This document shows, piece by piece, positions 25,831 through 40,155 of a DNA stretch of 64,000 nt (within the stretch, counting starts at the first letter, position 1; each line of letters starts with the position of its first letter). Position numbers and translations under genes: made by a program. The stretch comes from Ctenodactylus gundi. Lineage: Eukaryota. The stretch is from positions 44,324,541 through 44,388,540 of the forward strand of contig CM109709.1 in the NCBI GenBank assembly GCA_048771875.1. The letters are read 5' to 3'. The notes below the pieces were generated by a model. The model was given only the letters and a program-made list of their open reading frames with translations, searched no databases and was not told the origin of the DNA.

Positions 25831-28800
25831 ACTTTAGTAATATTTTATTTTATTCTATTTTATTTGAACTCACAGAAATTCTCCTGCTTCAGCCTCTCAA
25901 GTGCTGGGATTACAGGTGTGTGCCACCACCCCTGGCTTATATGGTTCTGGGAGGCCCTGCAATTGCTAGGCAAGCGCTTTAACCATTAAGATGTGCCCCC
26001 AGAGCAGTAATTTTTAATTACATGAGAAAAAAAATAGAAACTCATGGTACAGTATATGCTTCATAAAGAATAAACAATGTAATTCAAATTCATGGAATAG
26101 CTAACCAGAGCAGCCGGGGAAAACTTTTTATGTACTTTTTTTTTTATTTTTTTGGGGATTGATCTCAGAGACTTTACACTGAGCTACATCCTCAGTCCTT
26201 TTTACATTTTTTTAAAAAAGTTTGAGATAGGATCTCACTAAATCACCAGTTGCCCAGGATGGCTAGAACTTTCAGTTTCCTACCTTGACCTCTCTGAGTG
26301 ATGGGTTTATTGTAGGTATAAGCCATCACACCTCACTGGGAAAACCTTTAAAATACAAAGAAAAGTTATACTGTTTTGTATGAGTAACTCAGATTTGAGT
26401 TCTATCTTGAGTAGGTCAGGAAGCAGAGAATGGTAAAAAATGACGATATTGCTAACTTGCCCGGTTACGATGGCACTTCCTTATCTGCGTTTGGTTGGTT
26501 TCCACCCCCACGGGATGGACAGGGAAGCCAAGACCATCCTTCTTTTGTAGATGTGGGTACTGAGACTGACGAGATGTCACTTAAGCTAAGATTGAAATGG
26601 GACTGATGGGGGACTGGAGGAATGTCTCTGCTGTTAGCGCTAAGTACACGAGTTTGATTCCCCAGCAGCACCTCATAAGCTGGGTGTGGTGATACACACC
26701 TGTAATCCCAGCACTAGGGAGGCTGAGGCAGGAAGATTGCCTTGAATCCAAGGCCAGCCTGGGCTACATAGTGAGTTCAGGACCAGCCTGGACTACAGAG
26801 TGAAACCTTGTCTCAAAGAAAGGAAGAAAGAAAGAAAGAGAGAGAGAAAGAAAAAGAAAAAGAAAAAATGGGACTGAAAGCTTAGGTCTTCTGAAGTAGT
26901 ATATAAAAACTAAAGTAAAATAGTATTTTAATTTCAGTGCTGCAGAAAATAGGAGATCAAAGATTATTGGTGGTGGTGGGAGTGTTTGAAGAGAAAGACA
27001 TCTAGCCTGAGAGAATGAGAGGTCTCTATGGAGAGTACAGGAATGGAACAGGCTGCTCACCTGAAGAATCCTGAGATTCTTCTCTAAGAATTCCTGTGGA
27101 AGTCAGGCATGGCAGTTACAGCCCTGCCCGTAATCCCATCATGCAGAAGGCTGAGACAGACAGATCATGCCCAGCCTGAACTAGCTAGAAAACTTTAGGC
27201 CAGCTTGGACTACAAGGCAAGATCTTGCCTTAATATCAGAGAAGCTGATGGGAGAGACATAGCTCAGTATTTAAAGTGTCTGCCTAGCACGTGCAAGGCA
27301 TTGGGTTCGATTCCTCAATACCACATAAATTGGGCATGGTGGTGCACACCTGTAGTCCCAGCACTTGGGAAGCTGAGGCAGGAAAACTGCCATGAGTTCA
27401 AACCCAGAGAGAGAGAGAGAGTTAAAGTTACTACCCGGAGGCACTTGCAGTTCCACAGACAGTACCCCGGTGACTTAGAACCTGTCTGCCATACCTGTTT
27501 TTCAGCCTCCTTGATTTGAGGGTGGAGAATGCAAAGTTTGTGGCTAGACACAGGAGGCTGTCTGAAGAAAGAGAACTGAGGAGAAGAAAGAGTAATAGTT
27601 AGTAATGAACTATAATTACCCTAAGGTTGATGATTAATTACTTCTTGACTATAGGAACTCTAAAAATGGCATTACCCTGAAAGTAAAGAGTAAAACAGAG
27701 TTCTGGCTTCTTTGATGGGAATAGAAGGCAGCAGGAACTACAAAAGATAAGGGGGAAATAAAAACAAAGAACTCAAGGAAGAAAACAGACCAAACAAAGG
27801 AAGTATTGTGCAACAGAGCTGTCTGTGCTGCGCGGCTGGCTAGATGGAACTCCTGGCTGGAGGGATAGCACAGCAGTTAGAATGCTTGCCTAGATTTGAC
27901 TTCTGAGTGGTTGAAATGTCGTTAGTATGACTAGGGAACTGAAGTTTTACTCTCTGTCACTTTAATTAAGTTTAGTACAATTATACAGCCCCATGTGAAT
28001 GGTGGGGGAGTCCAGTTTATGGTTGTAATTTTATTGTGTTTTTTGTTTTTCATGGAGAATTGAACCTAGGACTTTTACACTGAGCTACATCTCTCGTCTA
28101 TTTTTTTGTTTTGTTTTGTTTTGTTTTGTTTTGTTTTTGAGACAAGGTTTTGCTCTGTAGTCCAGACTGGTCCTGAGTTCACTATGTAGCGCAGACTGGC
28201 CTGGAATTCAGGGCAGTCCTCCCTGAGCCTCTTGAGTGCTGGGATTACTGGAGCGTACCACCATGCCCAGTTTATGTGGCATTGAGGAATCAAACCCTGG
28301 GTCTTGGGCTTGCTGGGCAAGTGCTTTAATTGCTGAGCTATGACCCCAGCCCTCTCCAGTATATATATTTTTTACATTTTTGAGATAGGATTTTTCTAAG
28401 TTGTCAAGTTGCCCAGGCTGAGCTAGAACTATGACCATCCTACCTCAGCCTTCCAAAGTACTGGCATTACAAGTGTACACCATACCTGACACACTACTGG
28501 ACTACCTCTTTTTTTTTTTTTTTCTTGTTGTTGACACTGGGTCTGGTTCTGTAGCCGAGACTGGTCCTGATCTCACTGGGGTAGCCCAGGCTAACCTTGG
28601 CTCAGAACAATCCTCCTGCCTCAGCCTTCCGAGTGCTGGGATTACAGATGTGTGCCACTATGCCCAACTTTTTTTTTTTTTTTGAGACAGAGTCTCGCTC
28701 TGTAACACAGGCTGGTCCTGAAGTCATTATGGAGCCCAAGCTGGCCCTAGACTCATGGCAATCCTCCTGCCTCAGCCTCCCAAGTGCTGGGATTAAAGGC

Positions 28801-30004
28801 GTGTGTCACCATGCCCAGTTTACATGCCCAGCTTTATGTGGTGCTGAGGAATCAGCTCAGGGCCTTGCACTTGCAAGGCAAGCACTTTAACTGCTGTGTC
28901 ATTCCTCCAGCCCCCCCTTTTTTTTTTTAAACCCAACTTATGGTTAACTGACTTTAAAAAGATCAAAAGGAATAGCGACAATAGGAAACAATAATAGCTA
29001 ACATTATTGTGTTTATTAATTATAATAAGGCTAGGCATCTACTTAAACACTTAGTAGCAGGTGCTTTATATAGTCTTGTAACAGTTATAGGTACTATTAG
29101 TATCAACATTTTACAGATGAGAAAAAGGAGACAGGGGTTTTGCTTGCATATGATCACACAGCAGGCAAATAAGAAGTAGACAGAATTTATATACAGGTAG
29201 TTTTTTTTTAATGACAGAGCTCTCTTATTTACACCACATACATTCAGGATTGAGGTGGCCCTGGAGCGCATGGAGCCACGAGTCCCAAAATTGTAGCCAT
29301 GTGCAAATCCAAACTTGCAGGGGTACCATGGGATATTTTTGTTTGTTTGTTTTTGAGATCTTGGTCTCACTATGTTGCCCTGCATGGTATCAAGCTCCTG
29401 GGGTCAAATGCAAGTGATCTTCCCTTCTCAGCCTCCTGAATAGCTGGGCCTATGGGCCCTCTCCACTTCTCCCAGCAATATATTTTTAAATTTCAAGGGA
29501 AACAGCAGTATTTGTTTGTGCTAGTACATTGTATGAATTATTAGCTTGAGGCCATTCATAGTTCAAACATTAGATTATATTATGCTACATTCTCTTTGGT
29601 GAAAATATCTTCACAAAACTTTTTAGGAGATTTCTCTAATAAAATGTGAGTGCTATGCAAAAAAACAGCACGGAACAGAAAATTAATGTGGATGTGATTC
29701 TGGGAATTAAGAGGTACAACATTCAACAGGTGCATATAACCTGTTAGAAACCACGATTATTTAGAATGAAATAAATGTATTTTTTTTAATTGTGTGTTTT
29801 TTGAAAGCAGCTACCATGTTATTAGAACCAACTCCTCTTAAAGCAAAACTAGAGAGAGAATAAAAGAGACAAAAGTTGGGGATTTCTTTGGACCTAATGA
29901 CTCTGTGAAATATTGCTTAAATACTAAGTACACTGTGAGCTGAGAAACTGGGAACTCTGAACCTGGGTGGTAAAAATAGATTGAAATAGTCATAAAAGTG
30001 GTAG

Positions 30005-30240
30005 TGGGGGGCTGGAGGAATGGCTCAGCGGTTAAAGCACTTCCCTAGCAAGCTCTAAGTACACAAGTTTGACTCCCCAGCACCACATAATCCGGGCATG
30101 ATGGCACACACCTATAATCCCAGCACTCAGGAGGCTGAGGTAGTAGGATTGCCATGAGTCCAGGACCAGCCTGGACTCTATAGTGATATCAGGACCAGCA
30201 TGGGCTACAAAGTGAGACCCTGTCTCAAAAAAAATAAAGA
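30005..30240 (+). mobile_element. Dimeric B1/ID-type SINE, sense
   Basis: ggctggaggaatggctcagcggttaaagcac...ccgggcatgatggcacacacctataatcccagcactcaggaggctgagg...gagaccctgtctcaaaaaaa. Confidence 0.75.
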
Positions 30241-32327
30241 GCCATAAAACTGTATTCTCTGTGGTCATGCTCAACCACTGATTTGGTTGGCTGTTTTTTA
30301 GTGGGCTTTTTGTCCCCTTGATTTTTGGTAGTGTTGAATATCCTACCCAGGATCTTTCTACTGAACTACATCTCCCACCCACTGTTTTTTTCAAGTTTTG
30401 ATTTTGAGATAGGCCCTCACTATGCTGTCCAGGCTTGGCTCAAATTTACAATTCTCCTTCCTCAACCTCACAGAATGGTGGGATTATAGGCCTGCTGCTC
30501 CAGGCCTGTCTGTCCTTGTTTCTGAATGAAGAAAACCTGTCTGGACCACACATAAACTATTCATATAAGCTGGGCCTGGTGGTGCAGCCTTGTAATCTCA
30601 GCACTTTGGGAGGCTGAGGTGGGAGGGTCACAAGTTCAACCCTAGCCTAGGCAAATTAGCAACTTAGTGAGACCCTATCTGGAAAGAAAAATAGAAAGCA
30701 GGCTTGGGATGAATTCAGTGTGAAGGTCCTATGCTCAATATTCAGTACCACAAAAATAAGTAAATATACAGATAATGTAGTTAATGTATGTAAGTACAAA
30801 CACTTCCTTTTAAGTTTTCTTAGTATATTTTTTTAAAAAATCAAGAACAATAAAATCAGGAGGTCACAGGGTTGGACCCCGTCATTAGTGGTTAAAAGAC
30901 TCTGAGGAAAGCAGTAAGAGATGTAAAGATGGCTTGCCAAAGACAGGCACCAGACAGGACCCCAGACAGGGTTCAGTGCACCCAAAGCCTGTGCTCTCTT
31001 GTAGGACAGAGTACCTGCGAGGCCTTATGGGACTCACTCTTCTAAGACTTCATCTGTGAATCCAGGATAAGAAATATTAGGGATCCAGTCAGGGTTGGTG
31101 GCACATGCCTATAATCCCAGTTACTCCAAAGGCTGAGGCAGAAGGATCACAAGTTTGAGGACAGCCTAGCTAACTTAACAAGGCCCTGTTTCCAAAAAAA
31201 AGTCTGATTTTTACTTATTACTGATTTTCATTATTTAAAATACTGCATTCACTGTTCCAAGCCTTCATAGTCTCATTGCTAAAGTGAAACTTTACTTTCA
31301 TATTACTTGGTTCTTATTGTGGCTGAAATTACTAGATGAGAAGAATGATAATGGTAATAAGGCAGTAATAACAATAATCACGATAGAATAAACCACCTAT
31401 TTAGCATTGGGCCTAGGTCTTTCTATGTTGTGCTTAAAAAATATTACTGTTGTTATTATTATTTGAGACAGGGTCTCACTCCATAGCCCAGGCTAGCCCT
31501 GAATCACTATGTAGCCCAGGCTGGTCTTGAACTCGTGGCAATCCTCCAATCTCAGCCACCCTAGTCCTGGGATTACAGGCATGTACCACCACACCCAGGT
31601 ATTACATAATGCCGGGGGAACCAAAACCTAGACCTCACATTTTCTGGGCAAGCACTCTGATCACTGAGCTACGTCCCTAGCTCACGCATGCCATTTTAAC
31701 TGTTGTGTCCACAACCCTAGCACACTTATGTTGCACAGTTGATGCTCACTGAATATTTGTTAAGAGAGCAAGGGATACAGAGCTGGGCTCCATAGTGAGC
31801 TCAGGACCTGCCTGGGCAGCAGATAAGACTCTATCTCAAGACGAAACAACAACAACAACAACAGAAACACTGGCTTGAGTCACAGTGGTAAGTAGGAAGG
31901 CCAGCAGGAAAGATAAGAGGGCAAGAGGGAGCCCCTGGAGAGACTCCAGGAGTTACAAAAGGGCCATGGACATGGGATCTGGTGCCAGCTGAGTTAAACT
32001 CCTGAGTAGGAGAAGCAGAAGCTGAATTCCTATGAAGATGTCATACTGTGCTTTCCTGTTGCAAAACTCTTCGCCCCCTTGGTCATGGGGATTGCTTGGA
32101 TCCAGTACTGGTCACCACCCAGCCTGTCACCATCCTTCCTGTATGATACAAACAGGATTCACCAAGTCTTGCACTAGAACTTTCCCTCTCCGCCGTCTGG
32201 ACTTGCACGTGTTTCCCCAAAGCTCTGCACCTTCAAGTAACCCTGCTGTATGTGAGAATGTGCTTCCATTTCCGGGAAGGGACTACAACCTGGCTCGCTT
32301 CATTTTACTCCAGGATTGCATGATCTG

Positions 32328-32328
<1 letters not shown>

Positions 32329-32376
<48 letters not shown>
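32329..32376. repeat. (CT)n microsatellite ~320 bp upstream of the PNP TATA
   Basis: tctctctctc... run. Confidence 0.9.
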
Positions 32377-32659
32377 CGTTTGTTTCAATGCACAATATGA
32401 GGTTCGAAATTTTCTCTTTTCACTCCCTGGCGGTTTCCCGTTAACACAGCCCGGGCTGGGAGGCGATTTGCCGGGCTTTCCGCCCACTGCGTCGCCCTTC
32501 GTCTGGGGCTCTGAGGACCTGCAGGGGTGACGGGTTGAAACGCTGATGTCCCCGGAGCGGAGACGGTCCAGCTCAGGAAAGAACTGTGATTAGGTTTTCA
32601 GCCCCGCCTCCGGCGGCGGAATCTGGGTGGGTGTCGCCATGGAGACGGGCCCGCCTGCT

Positions 32660-32808
32660 CGGCTGTCATTGGCCGGGACGCTCCCGCTGGGCTATAAGGC
32701 AGCGCCCGAGAGCGGCGCCCTCACTAAACCTGCCGGCCTGCCACACTGCTCCGGGGCGCGGGTGGGAGCGGAGAGCCGCGGGATCTGTGGGCACGCGTCG
32801 ACGGGACC
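32660..32808 (+). promoter_or_regulatory. PNP: PNP core promoter (inverted CCAAT ~32668, TATA-like CTATAAGG at ~32693-32698) and 5'UTR
   Basis: TATAAG lies ~110 bp upstream of the ATG, with ATTGG ~25 bp upstream of it. Kozak context gggaccATGG. Confidence 0.6.
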
Positions 32809-32819
32809 ATGGAGAGCGG
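32809..32819 (+). CDS. PNP: PNP exon 1 CDS (MES + GG), 11 coding nt
   Basis: ATG GAG AGC GG|gtgaga. Position fixed against the frame of the overlapping ORF 32627..33070. Matches human MENG with N3S. Confidence 0.8.
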
Positions 32820-33102
32820 GTGAGACGGGCCGGGCCGGAGCCCTCCGAGGCTCCTGGCGAGGGGGAATGACGGTCGCCGAGACCTGGGAGCCGGCACCCT
32901 GGGTCATGGGGGCAGGGAGAGGGAGGGGTGCCCCGCAGATTCGGAGAGGCCTGGCACGGAGCCTGGAGGCAGGGTCAGGGCGACAGCACGGTGGGGCGGT
33001 CGGTGTGCGCGCGGGAATAGAGCTGGGTGGCGTCGTCGGAGGAGGAAGGGAGCAGGTTTGTGAGGTGTAGGCTACTCCGAGAAGGAACTGTTTGCGTCCG
33101 TG

Positions 33103-33104
<2 letters not shown>

Positions 33105-33172
<68 letters not shown>
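33105..33172. repeat. (GT)n microsatellite (~33 units) in PNP intron 1, followed by GCGCGCGC
   Basis: gtgtgtgt... run ending tgcacgcgcgcgcc. Confidence 0.95.
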
Positions 33173-33173
<1 letters not shown>

Positions 33174-35737
33174 ACGCGCGCGCCGGGGTAGGCGGGGGGG
33201 TCAAGCGTGCAAGTGGACAGGGATGTGTACTCCTACTCCGTACCACAGAGCTGATCTCCCTGCTCCGTCTGCTGCTCACAAACGACCTTTGTAGGGTCCG
33301 GTAAAGCCACGAGGTGGTTGTGGGGCAAGCCCGCAGGCCCTCTTCCAGAGGGAGGGTCCTTCCTTCCCTCCCTGGCCAGCGCCCTCGGTCAGGTTCCCAC
33401 GTTGGAAATGGAGTCTCCAGAGAGGACAGCCTCATTCACGGACGGGGCAATGGCCACCATTAACTTCCCTCCCCTCCTGACACCTTTGAAAAAAAAAATT
33501 CTTCTCTCTGCTTTGGTCCGAGTCACCAAAATAGGGATCTCAGTGGCTTTGGATGTCCAGGGACCCGGGATGTCCTTGGAGGTCGGATACCAACGAGGAA
33601 GTCCGGTGAGCGCGTGCTCACGGCTTCTTTCGTTTCCTTTGCGCCCCTTGGGCGTGATGTGGTTAATTTCGAACCAATCTAATTGTCACCCCCAACCCAT
33701 CACCCCGCCACTTCCCTGAGAAGATAGCCTACCTGGAGGGAAGGGGTAACGCTCCCCACCTCCTCCAACCCCCCCTCCCCGGCCCTCCTCTCCCCACCAC
33801 AGAGACAGAACCCAGGATGTTCACACTGAACTACACTACTAGCCGCAGCCTCTTCCTCCGGCTCCCCCTTCATCTTAAATTTTGAGAATCAGTCACTAAG
33901 TTGCTCAGGCTGGCTTTAAACCTGCCATCCTCCCGTCTCAGCCTGCCAAGGTTCTGGGGTTACAAGTGTGTGCCACCACTTCCAGCTAGGCGCATCTTGA
34001 ACTCTGGTCCGGAAGATCCTGTGTGTCTGCCTGGCAAGGTGCCTGTTACTGTGCCTGCCTCCTAGGCTCTGCTTTTGGAAAAAAAAAAAAAAATCCACTG
34101 GAGATTCAGTTATGTTCAACTCCCTCACACCTGAACACCTCAGTTCCACCTGGGAGAGCAATCTTTGATCTTTGTATGTGTGTGATGGACCTAGAATTGG
34201 AGCCGAGAAGTTTCAGATTAATTCTTGCCGGTAACATAGGAGTCCTGGGTGGGGTGATGGGATGTCCTTAGATCCTGAGGTAAGAAAGCTTGAACTGAAA
34301 AGGGGGTTGGCAGATAATAGGAAGAGGCCAAGAGATCACAGGCTGAGGAGGCAGGTAAAAGGTTCCAGTGCTGTGTGAGACAGATCCAAAGGCCACTGGG
34401 CTTTTGAAGCAAGATTTTAACCTGTAGGAGTGGGCTCACAGTCTGTATTGTAGGGTGGTGAGAGTGGGGACAGTCCAGGACCTTCACACTGAGCTGTATC
34501 CCCAGCCCATTTTTTATTTTAGATTTTGAGACAGGCTTTTGCCAAGTTGCTGAAATTATTCAGGTTGGGCTTGAATTTTCAGTCCTCTGCTTCGGCCTAC
34601 AGTATGCTGGGATTACAGGTCTGTGCCACTGGGCCCAGCTACAGTTTGTAGCAATTTTTAACAAGTCTACGAAGATTTCTGCAGTCAGTCCTAGTTTGTC
34701 CTTGGGCAAATAGCCAATGTTGTGGACTTTCTGTAGTCTGTATTTGTGCAATAGTGTAGTGTCTGGTCTTAGATAGCGTTGCCTGTCCTTCTGACAGGGG
34801 ATCTCTGTGGCTCTGGAAATTTCAAAAGCAATGATCCCAGGGAAACTCAGAATGGCATATGTACTTCTACTAGGGATGTTCCCACTGCTTTTTTATTGTT
34901 GTTTTTTATTGTTTTGTCAATGAAAAAATTTAGCCTCAAGGGCTGGGCATGTGGTAGTGCCAGCTACTTGAGGCAAGAGGATCACTTGAGCCCCAAAATT
35001 GGAAGAAGCCTGAGATACAGTGCAGTTCCTCTAAAAAACAAAGCAAAACAAAAAAAATGTATGGGTTGAAGGTGTGGCAGCTCAGTGGTAGAAGACTTAC
35101 CTGGTACCCTTGGGCCCTGGAAAGCGGGAGGTAGATTTTAGTATTTGGCTGAGGAAGGAGTTGGAAGGTAAAGGAAGGTCCAAAAGGAAATTAGATTTTG
35201 CCTTCCTTTAGGGCAGGTAGTCCTAATTATATTTCGAGTGTCCTTAGGGGGTAGGTCAGGTACTAAGGAAGGTTGTACTAGGTTTGTCACTGTGCCCAGG
35301 AAGGTTTCCTTCTGAGTGCTCTCCTTAATTTGCTTATTTCATTATACTCTGCATTGAACCCTGTTGTCCTCTGTAAATCTTTGTTGTAGGAGAGGTGTTA
35401 AACTCACCAGTGCTGGGAGTAGCCTCAGTGATAGAGCACTTGCCTAGCGTGCCAGAGGCCCTGGGTTGGGTCCCTGGCACTGCCACAAAACAAGACCTGC
35501 CAGCGTTCATAACACTGGAAATGGTGCAACAGGATTCTTTTCCTTTTGCCATGCTCTCAAGTAGACGGCGCTTCATGACTGATGTGCAACCAAGCAATGT
35601 GATTTCTGCCTGTGGGCTCTATTCTCTATCCCCTGATAACTCAGTATATGTGCCAGGCTTTCAGCATTGAAGATCACCTGTCCATGATGCCCTTGGGAAA
35701 GGAGCAGGATTCACCGTGGTTTTCTTTTGTCCCCTAG

Positions 35738-35907
35738 ATTCACGTACGAGGACTACCAAAAGACAGCAGATTGGCTGCTCAGCCACACCAAGCACCGGCC
35801 TCAGGTGGCAGTGATCTGTGGTTCTGGGCTGGGAGGTCTGGTTGAAAAATTGACTCAGGCCCAGGGCTTTGACTACAGTGAGATACCCAACTTTCCCCGA
35901 AGCACAG
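35738..35907 (+). CDS. PNP: PNP exon 2 ((G)[56 protein letters not shown] + G)
   Basis: Anchored on ORF 35727..35918(+). Acceptor cccctag, donor GTACTGAC. Confidence 0.92.
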
Positions 35908-37748
35908 GTACTGACTAATGGGAAGGAAGGGATGGAACTGAGGAGTAGGGATGGGATTCTGTGGGACCCAATCGGGGGGCCAACGTTTTTACTGGATCTA
36001 GAATTTAACCAAAGTCAAGTGTGAGAGAGGGGAAAAAGACTACCAAGAGTTGGAATGGCGTTATTAGGAAATTCTCTTAATAGAAATTTCCTAAAAAATG
36101 CAACATGTGTGTGTCAGTGGCACTGTGATACCAGCTTTCCTATGTGTTACTGATTTAAAGCTCTGCAGCACCTCCCCCTGGTTGCACCTCCTCCATACAC
36201 CAGGGTCACCACATACACGCACAGCACATTCCTCATGTTCCATCCAGGCGTTAGCGTAAGTGAGAAGAGCACGATCTCCAGCTCCTCAGGACAGGGTCTT
36301 ATTGCTGTTCTCCACACCTGTACTCCAGGCCTAGAATAATATACATGCTGGTACATGGTCACAAGGGAACACCCACACACCACCAGTACAGGTGCACATA
36401 CAGCTAAGAATGAAAAACACAGTACCTGATTCACATGGATCTTTTTCTTGGAAGTGGGAGGAATAGATAAATGTTCTCCATGCACAATGCAACTTTGAGG
36501 AATCTGAAGATAGCTCATGCAGATTTCTACAAACAACCAGAAAGCTGTAAGGCTGAGATGTAGAAGGGAGTAGTAAGGTCAGATGTGGTGGCACACCTGT
36601 AACTGGAGCACTCTGGGAGAATAACAGGAGGATAACAAGTTTGAACCCAGCTTTGGCAACTTAGAGAGACCCTGTCTCAAAATCAAAAATGAACAAATGG
36701 CTGGTGATGTAGCTCAGTGTGAAGGCCCTTGTTTCAATTCCCATGTCAATTTCAACTTCTCATGTGAAACAAGGCATATAAAGGACAAGATTTGTTTGGT
36801 TAACTTATTCTCAAATTATTAACTTCCTTTGGGTTATTTATTAATTTTTTTAAAATTTCAAACTTTCTCTTTTTCCTGAAGAGTTAAGACATTTGACAAT
36901 TTTTTAAAAACCACTAGGAGCAAGACTGGGAGGCCAGATCAGGGAAGCGTGGGAACAGAGAGAAAGAAGGGACTATCGAACAGAAAGGGGCAAAGGGAGA
37001 GTATAGTTCTTGCAGGGAGATGGTGGGAGGAGTTCCTACCTCCAGTGAGCAGAGCACTACAGTAAGTGATAAGCAAGCTGATACTAAGTTTATCGATCCA
37101 TTTTTTTATACTATGCTTGGATTTTACTGGGTGAACTTTGTTCTCTTACTAGTACCTTGTTGTAAGGTCCTCTACCTCTGCATTTGCCTCAATACTTCCT
37201 CTTGGTTCTGGTTCTTTTCCAGACCATTATTACCTCAGGGATAAGTTGGCCACCCATGAGAGGAAACTGCCAGATGAGGGGATGGTAACAAAGGCCGTTA
37301 GGCCTGTGGGGAGTTATCTTTGCATCCCCCCGCCCCTCCATGGGCGTGTGTTCTCAAGGGACTGTTCTGAGGGTTTGAAAGTAGGAGAGCGATGTGGGCT
37401 CAGGTCCAACCACTATCTCCCTATTCGGTAGCCTCCTCCTCTCTAGGAAGCCAACATGTACCATAAGCTCCTGGGATATGGGAGGCAGGTAGTTAGAAAG
37501 GCAATATATAATAATATGCATTCAAAATTTTGACAACTTTTGAAGAGGCCTGTAATTATTGCATTCATCTTTACTCCCTTTACTCCATTGCAATGCAGCT
37601 TTCTCATACTTTTGAAATTTCTTTTAAAAATCTTCCTTTTTTGTGAATTATCATTGAACATTCTTATGCCTGTAGCTCTAAACTCGGGTTGCCTTGAATG
37701 ACAGATTGTCTTATCAAACGTCTAATGTTTTTTATTTTTCAATTATAA

Positions 37749-38102
<354 letters not shown>

Positions 38103-38105
38103 TGA

Positions 38106-38327
<222 letters not shown>

Positions 38328-38400
38328 TAGGTGTTGTCTGGAATTCGGGCACTAGCTCCTTGAACCTCGCTTCTCTGAGATGACCTAATGTGTGCCCTAG

Positions 38401-38591
38401 GTTTGGAGTTCGTTTTCCTTCCATGTCAGATGCTTATGACCGGAATATGAGGCAGAAGGCATTCAGCATCTGGGAGCAAATGGGGCAGAAGCGAGGGCTC
38501 CAGGAAGGCACCTATGTGATGCTGGCTGGCCCCAACTTTGAGACCGTGGCAGAGTGTCACTTGCTGCAGAAGCTGGGAGCTGATGCTGTTG
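38401..38591 (+). CDS. PNP: PNP exon 5 ((R)[63 protein letters not shown] + G)
   Basis: ORF 38390..38674(+). Acceptor gccctag, donor GTGAGGG. Confidence 0.93.
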
Positions 38592-39405
38592 GTGAGGGAA
38601 GGGGAGCTTGGCTGGAGGCTTGCGGGAAGGATCTGGCAACAGAGGGGAGGGGAGGAGTAGAGGACAGGCTCTGAGAGAGGGTCTGGTATAAGGGAAGGCA
38701 GATTAAAATGTCTTGTAGGAAAACAGCAGGGAGGTTGGTTGTGCTGTAGCACAGTGCTCAACAGCTTCAGTGCTAATCACCTAGTCATGACTTGACTGTT
38801 CCTAAGAATTATTCTAACAAATATCAATATAGTCAACTTCTTCACTTGTGATTTATTTGAATGTAGACATCTGTCATTAGAGTTGACTTCCGAAGTACCA
38901 CAGATAGAGAAATAACACATTGTATTTACAATGTTTATAAGAAATCCGTGAGACCTTCTTAGGCCCCACTTCTTTTAAGCAGCACTGCACAGTATGAGCT
39001 CCATACCAATTTACTGCCTCTGGATGCTCTAGGACCTGTGCACTACACATTGTGAACTATATCCACAGCCCATTTTTATTTTTGATTGTTGAAACAGGGT
39101 ATCACTAATTTGCTAAGGTGCCTGGGCTGGGCTTGAACTTGAAATCTTTCTGCCTTAGTGTCCCAGAGCACAGGGATTATAGGCCTATGACACCAGGCCC
39201 AGCTTCTTGTGTTTTGGTGTTATCATTCTTAACTTCATAGATAATTTAAAGTTTCAGAAAGCCCTGGACCTAGTAGAACAGGCCTGTAATCTCAGCACTT
39301 TGGGAGGATGGAGCAAAAGGATTGCACATTTGAGTCCAGCTTGGGCTATAAAAGAATGAATTGGGGATGTAGCTCAGTATGAAAGCACTGGGTTCAATCC
39401 TCAAT

Positions 39406-39410
<5 letters not shown>

Positions 39411-39460
<50 letters not shown>
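39411..39460. repeat. (AG)n microsatellite (~25 units) ~50 nt upstream of the PNP exon 6 acceptor
   Basis: agagagag... run. Confidence 0.95.
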
Positions 39461-39464
<4 letters not shown>

Positions 39465-39507
39465 TTTGTGAATCTTAACTGTTGCTGTCCCTGTTCCTTC
39501 CCATTAG

Positions 39508-39725
39508 GCATGAGTACAGTACCGGAAGTTATAGTTGCAAGGCATTGTGGACTTCAAGTCTTTGGCTTCTCACTCATCACTAACAAGGTCATCACAGATT
39601 ATGAAAGCCTGGAGAAAGCCAATCATGAGGAAGTGCTCGAGGCTGGCAGACAAGCTGCAAAGAAATTGGAACAGTTTGTCTCCCAGCTTGTTGCTAGTGT
39701 TCCACTCCCTAACAATGCCAAATGA
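39508..39725 (+). CDS. PNP: PNP terminal coding exon ((G)[71 protein letters not shown])
   Basis: ORF 39468..39725(+). Acceptor ccattag, stop TGA at 39723-39725. Total 870 nt = 289 aa, the same as human PNP. Confidence 0.93.
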
Positions 39726-40149
39726 CCAGCCCTGGAGTGGTGCCATCCTGATGGGATCCAATTGGTTACTGCCTGCTTTGGCCTCTTGCTGGGGTCACGT
39801 GCCTCTGCCTTTAGGTAGTAGTAGAAAGAGAAGGGGATCTCTGTCCTTTGCCTTTCCCATTCCCCCCCCCCCCCCCACCCCAGGCCTTTCTGGTTCCAGG
39901 TCCACTGGCTCAGTCGTCATCTCAAAGCAATTTGATGCCACCTCTAGTCTTCTGTAAGAGCAGGAGCCCAGGGCCTACAGAACTTGGGAATATGCCAATA
40001 ATTTGACTTTAGCCTTCAGGTTTCTGACCAGAAGATGCACTAGCCCTGTGAGATGGTGCCCTCATGTTTTCGGGGCTCAGTTCTGCCTCCCCCTAAATCA
40101 CTAGAGACCAAACAAAGATTGGTCCATACATACATCACAGTGTTTTGAG

Positions 40150-40155
40150 AATAAA
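40150..40155 (+). terminator. PNP: Candidate PNP poly(A) signal AATAAA, ~425 nt after the stop
   Basis: gagAATAAAgaaatg, followed by a T-rich stretch. Confidence 0.45.

Noticed and set aside
32692-33435. 247-aa minus-strand ORF with an HTHTHTHT... repeat
   Set aside because: It reads through the (GT)33 microsatellite and the PNP promoter and exon 1 in antisense. The repeat-derived His-Thr run is an artefact.
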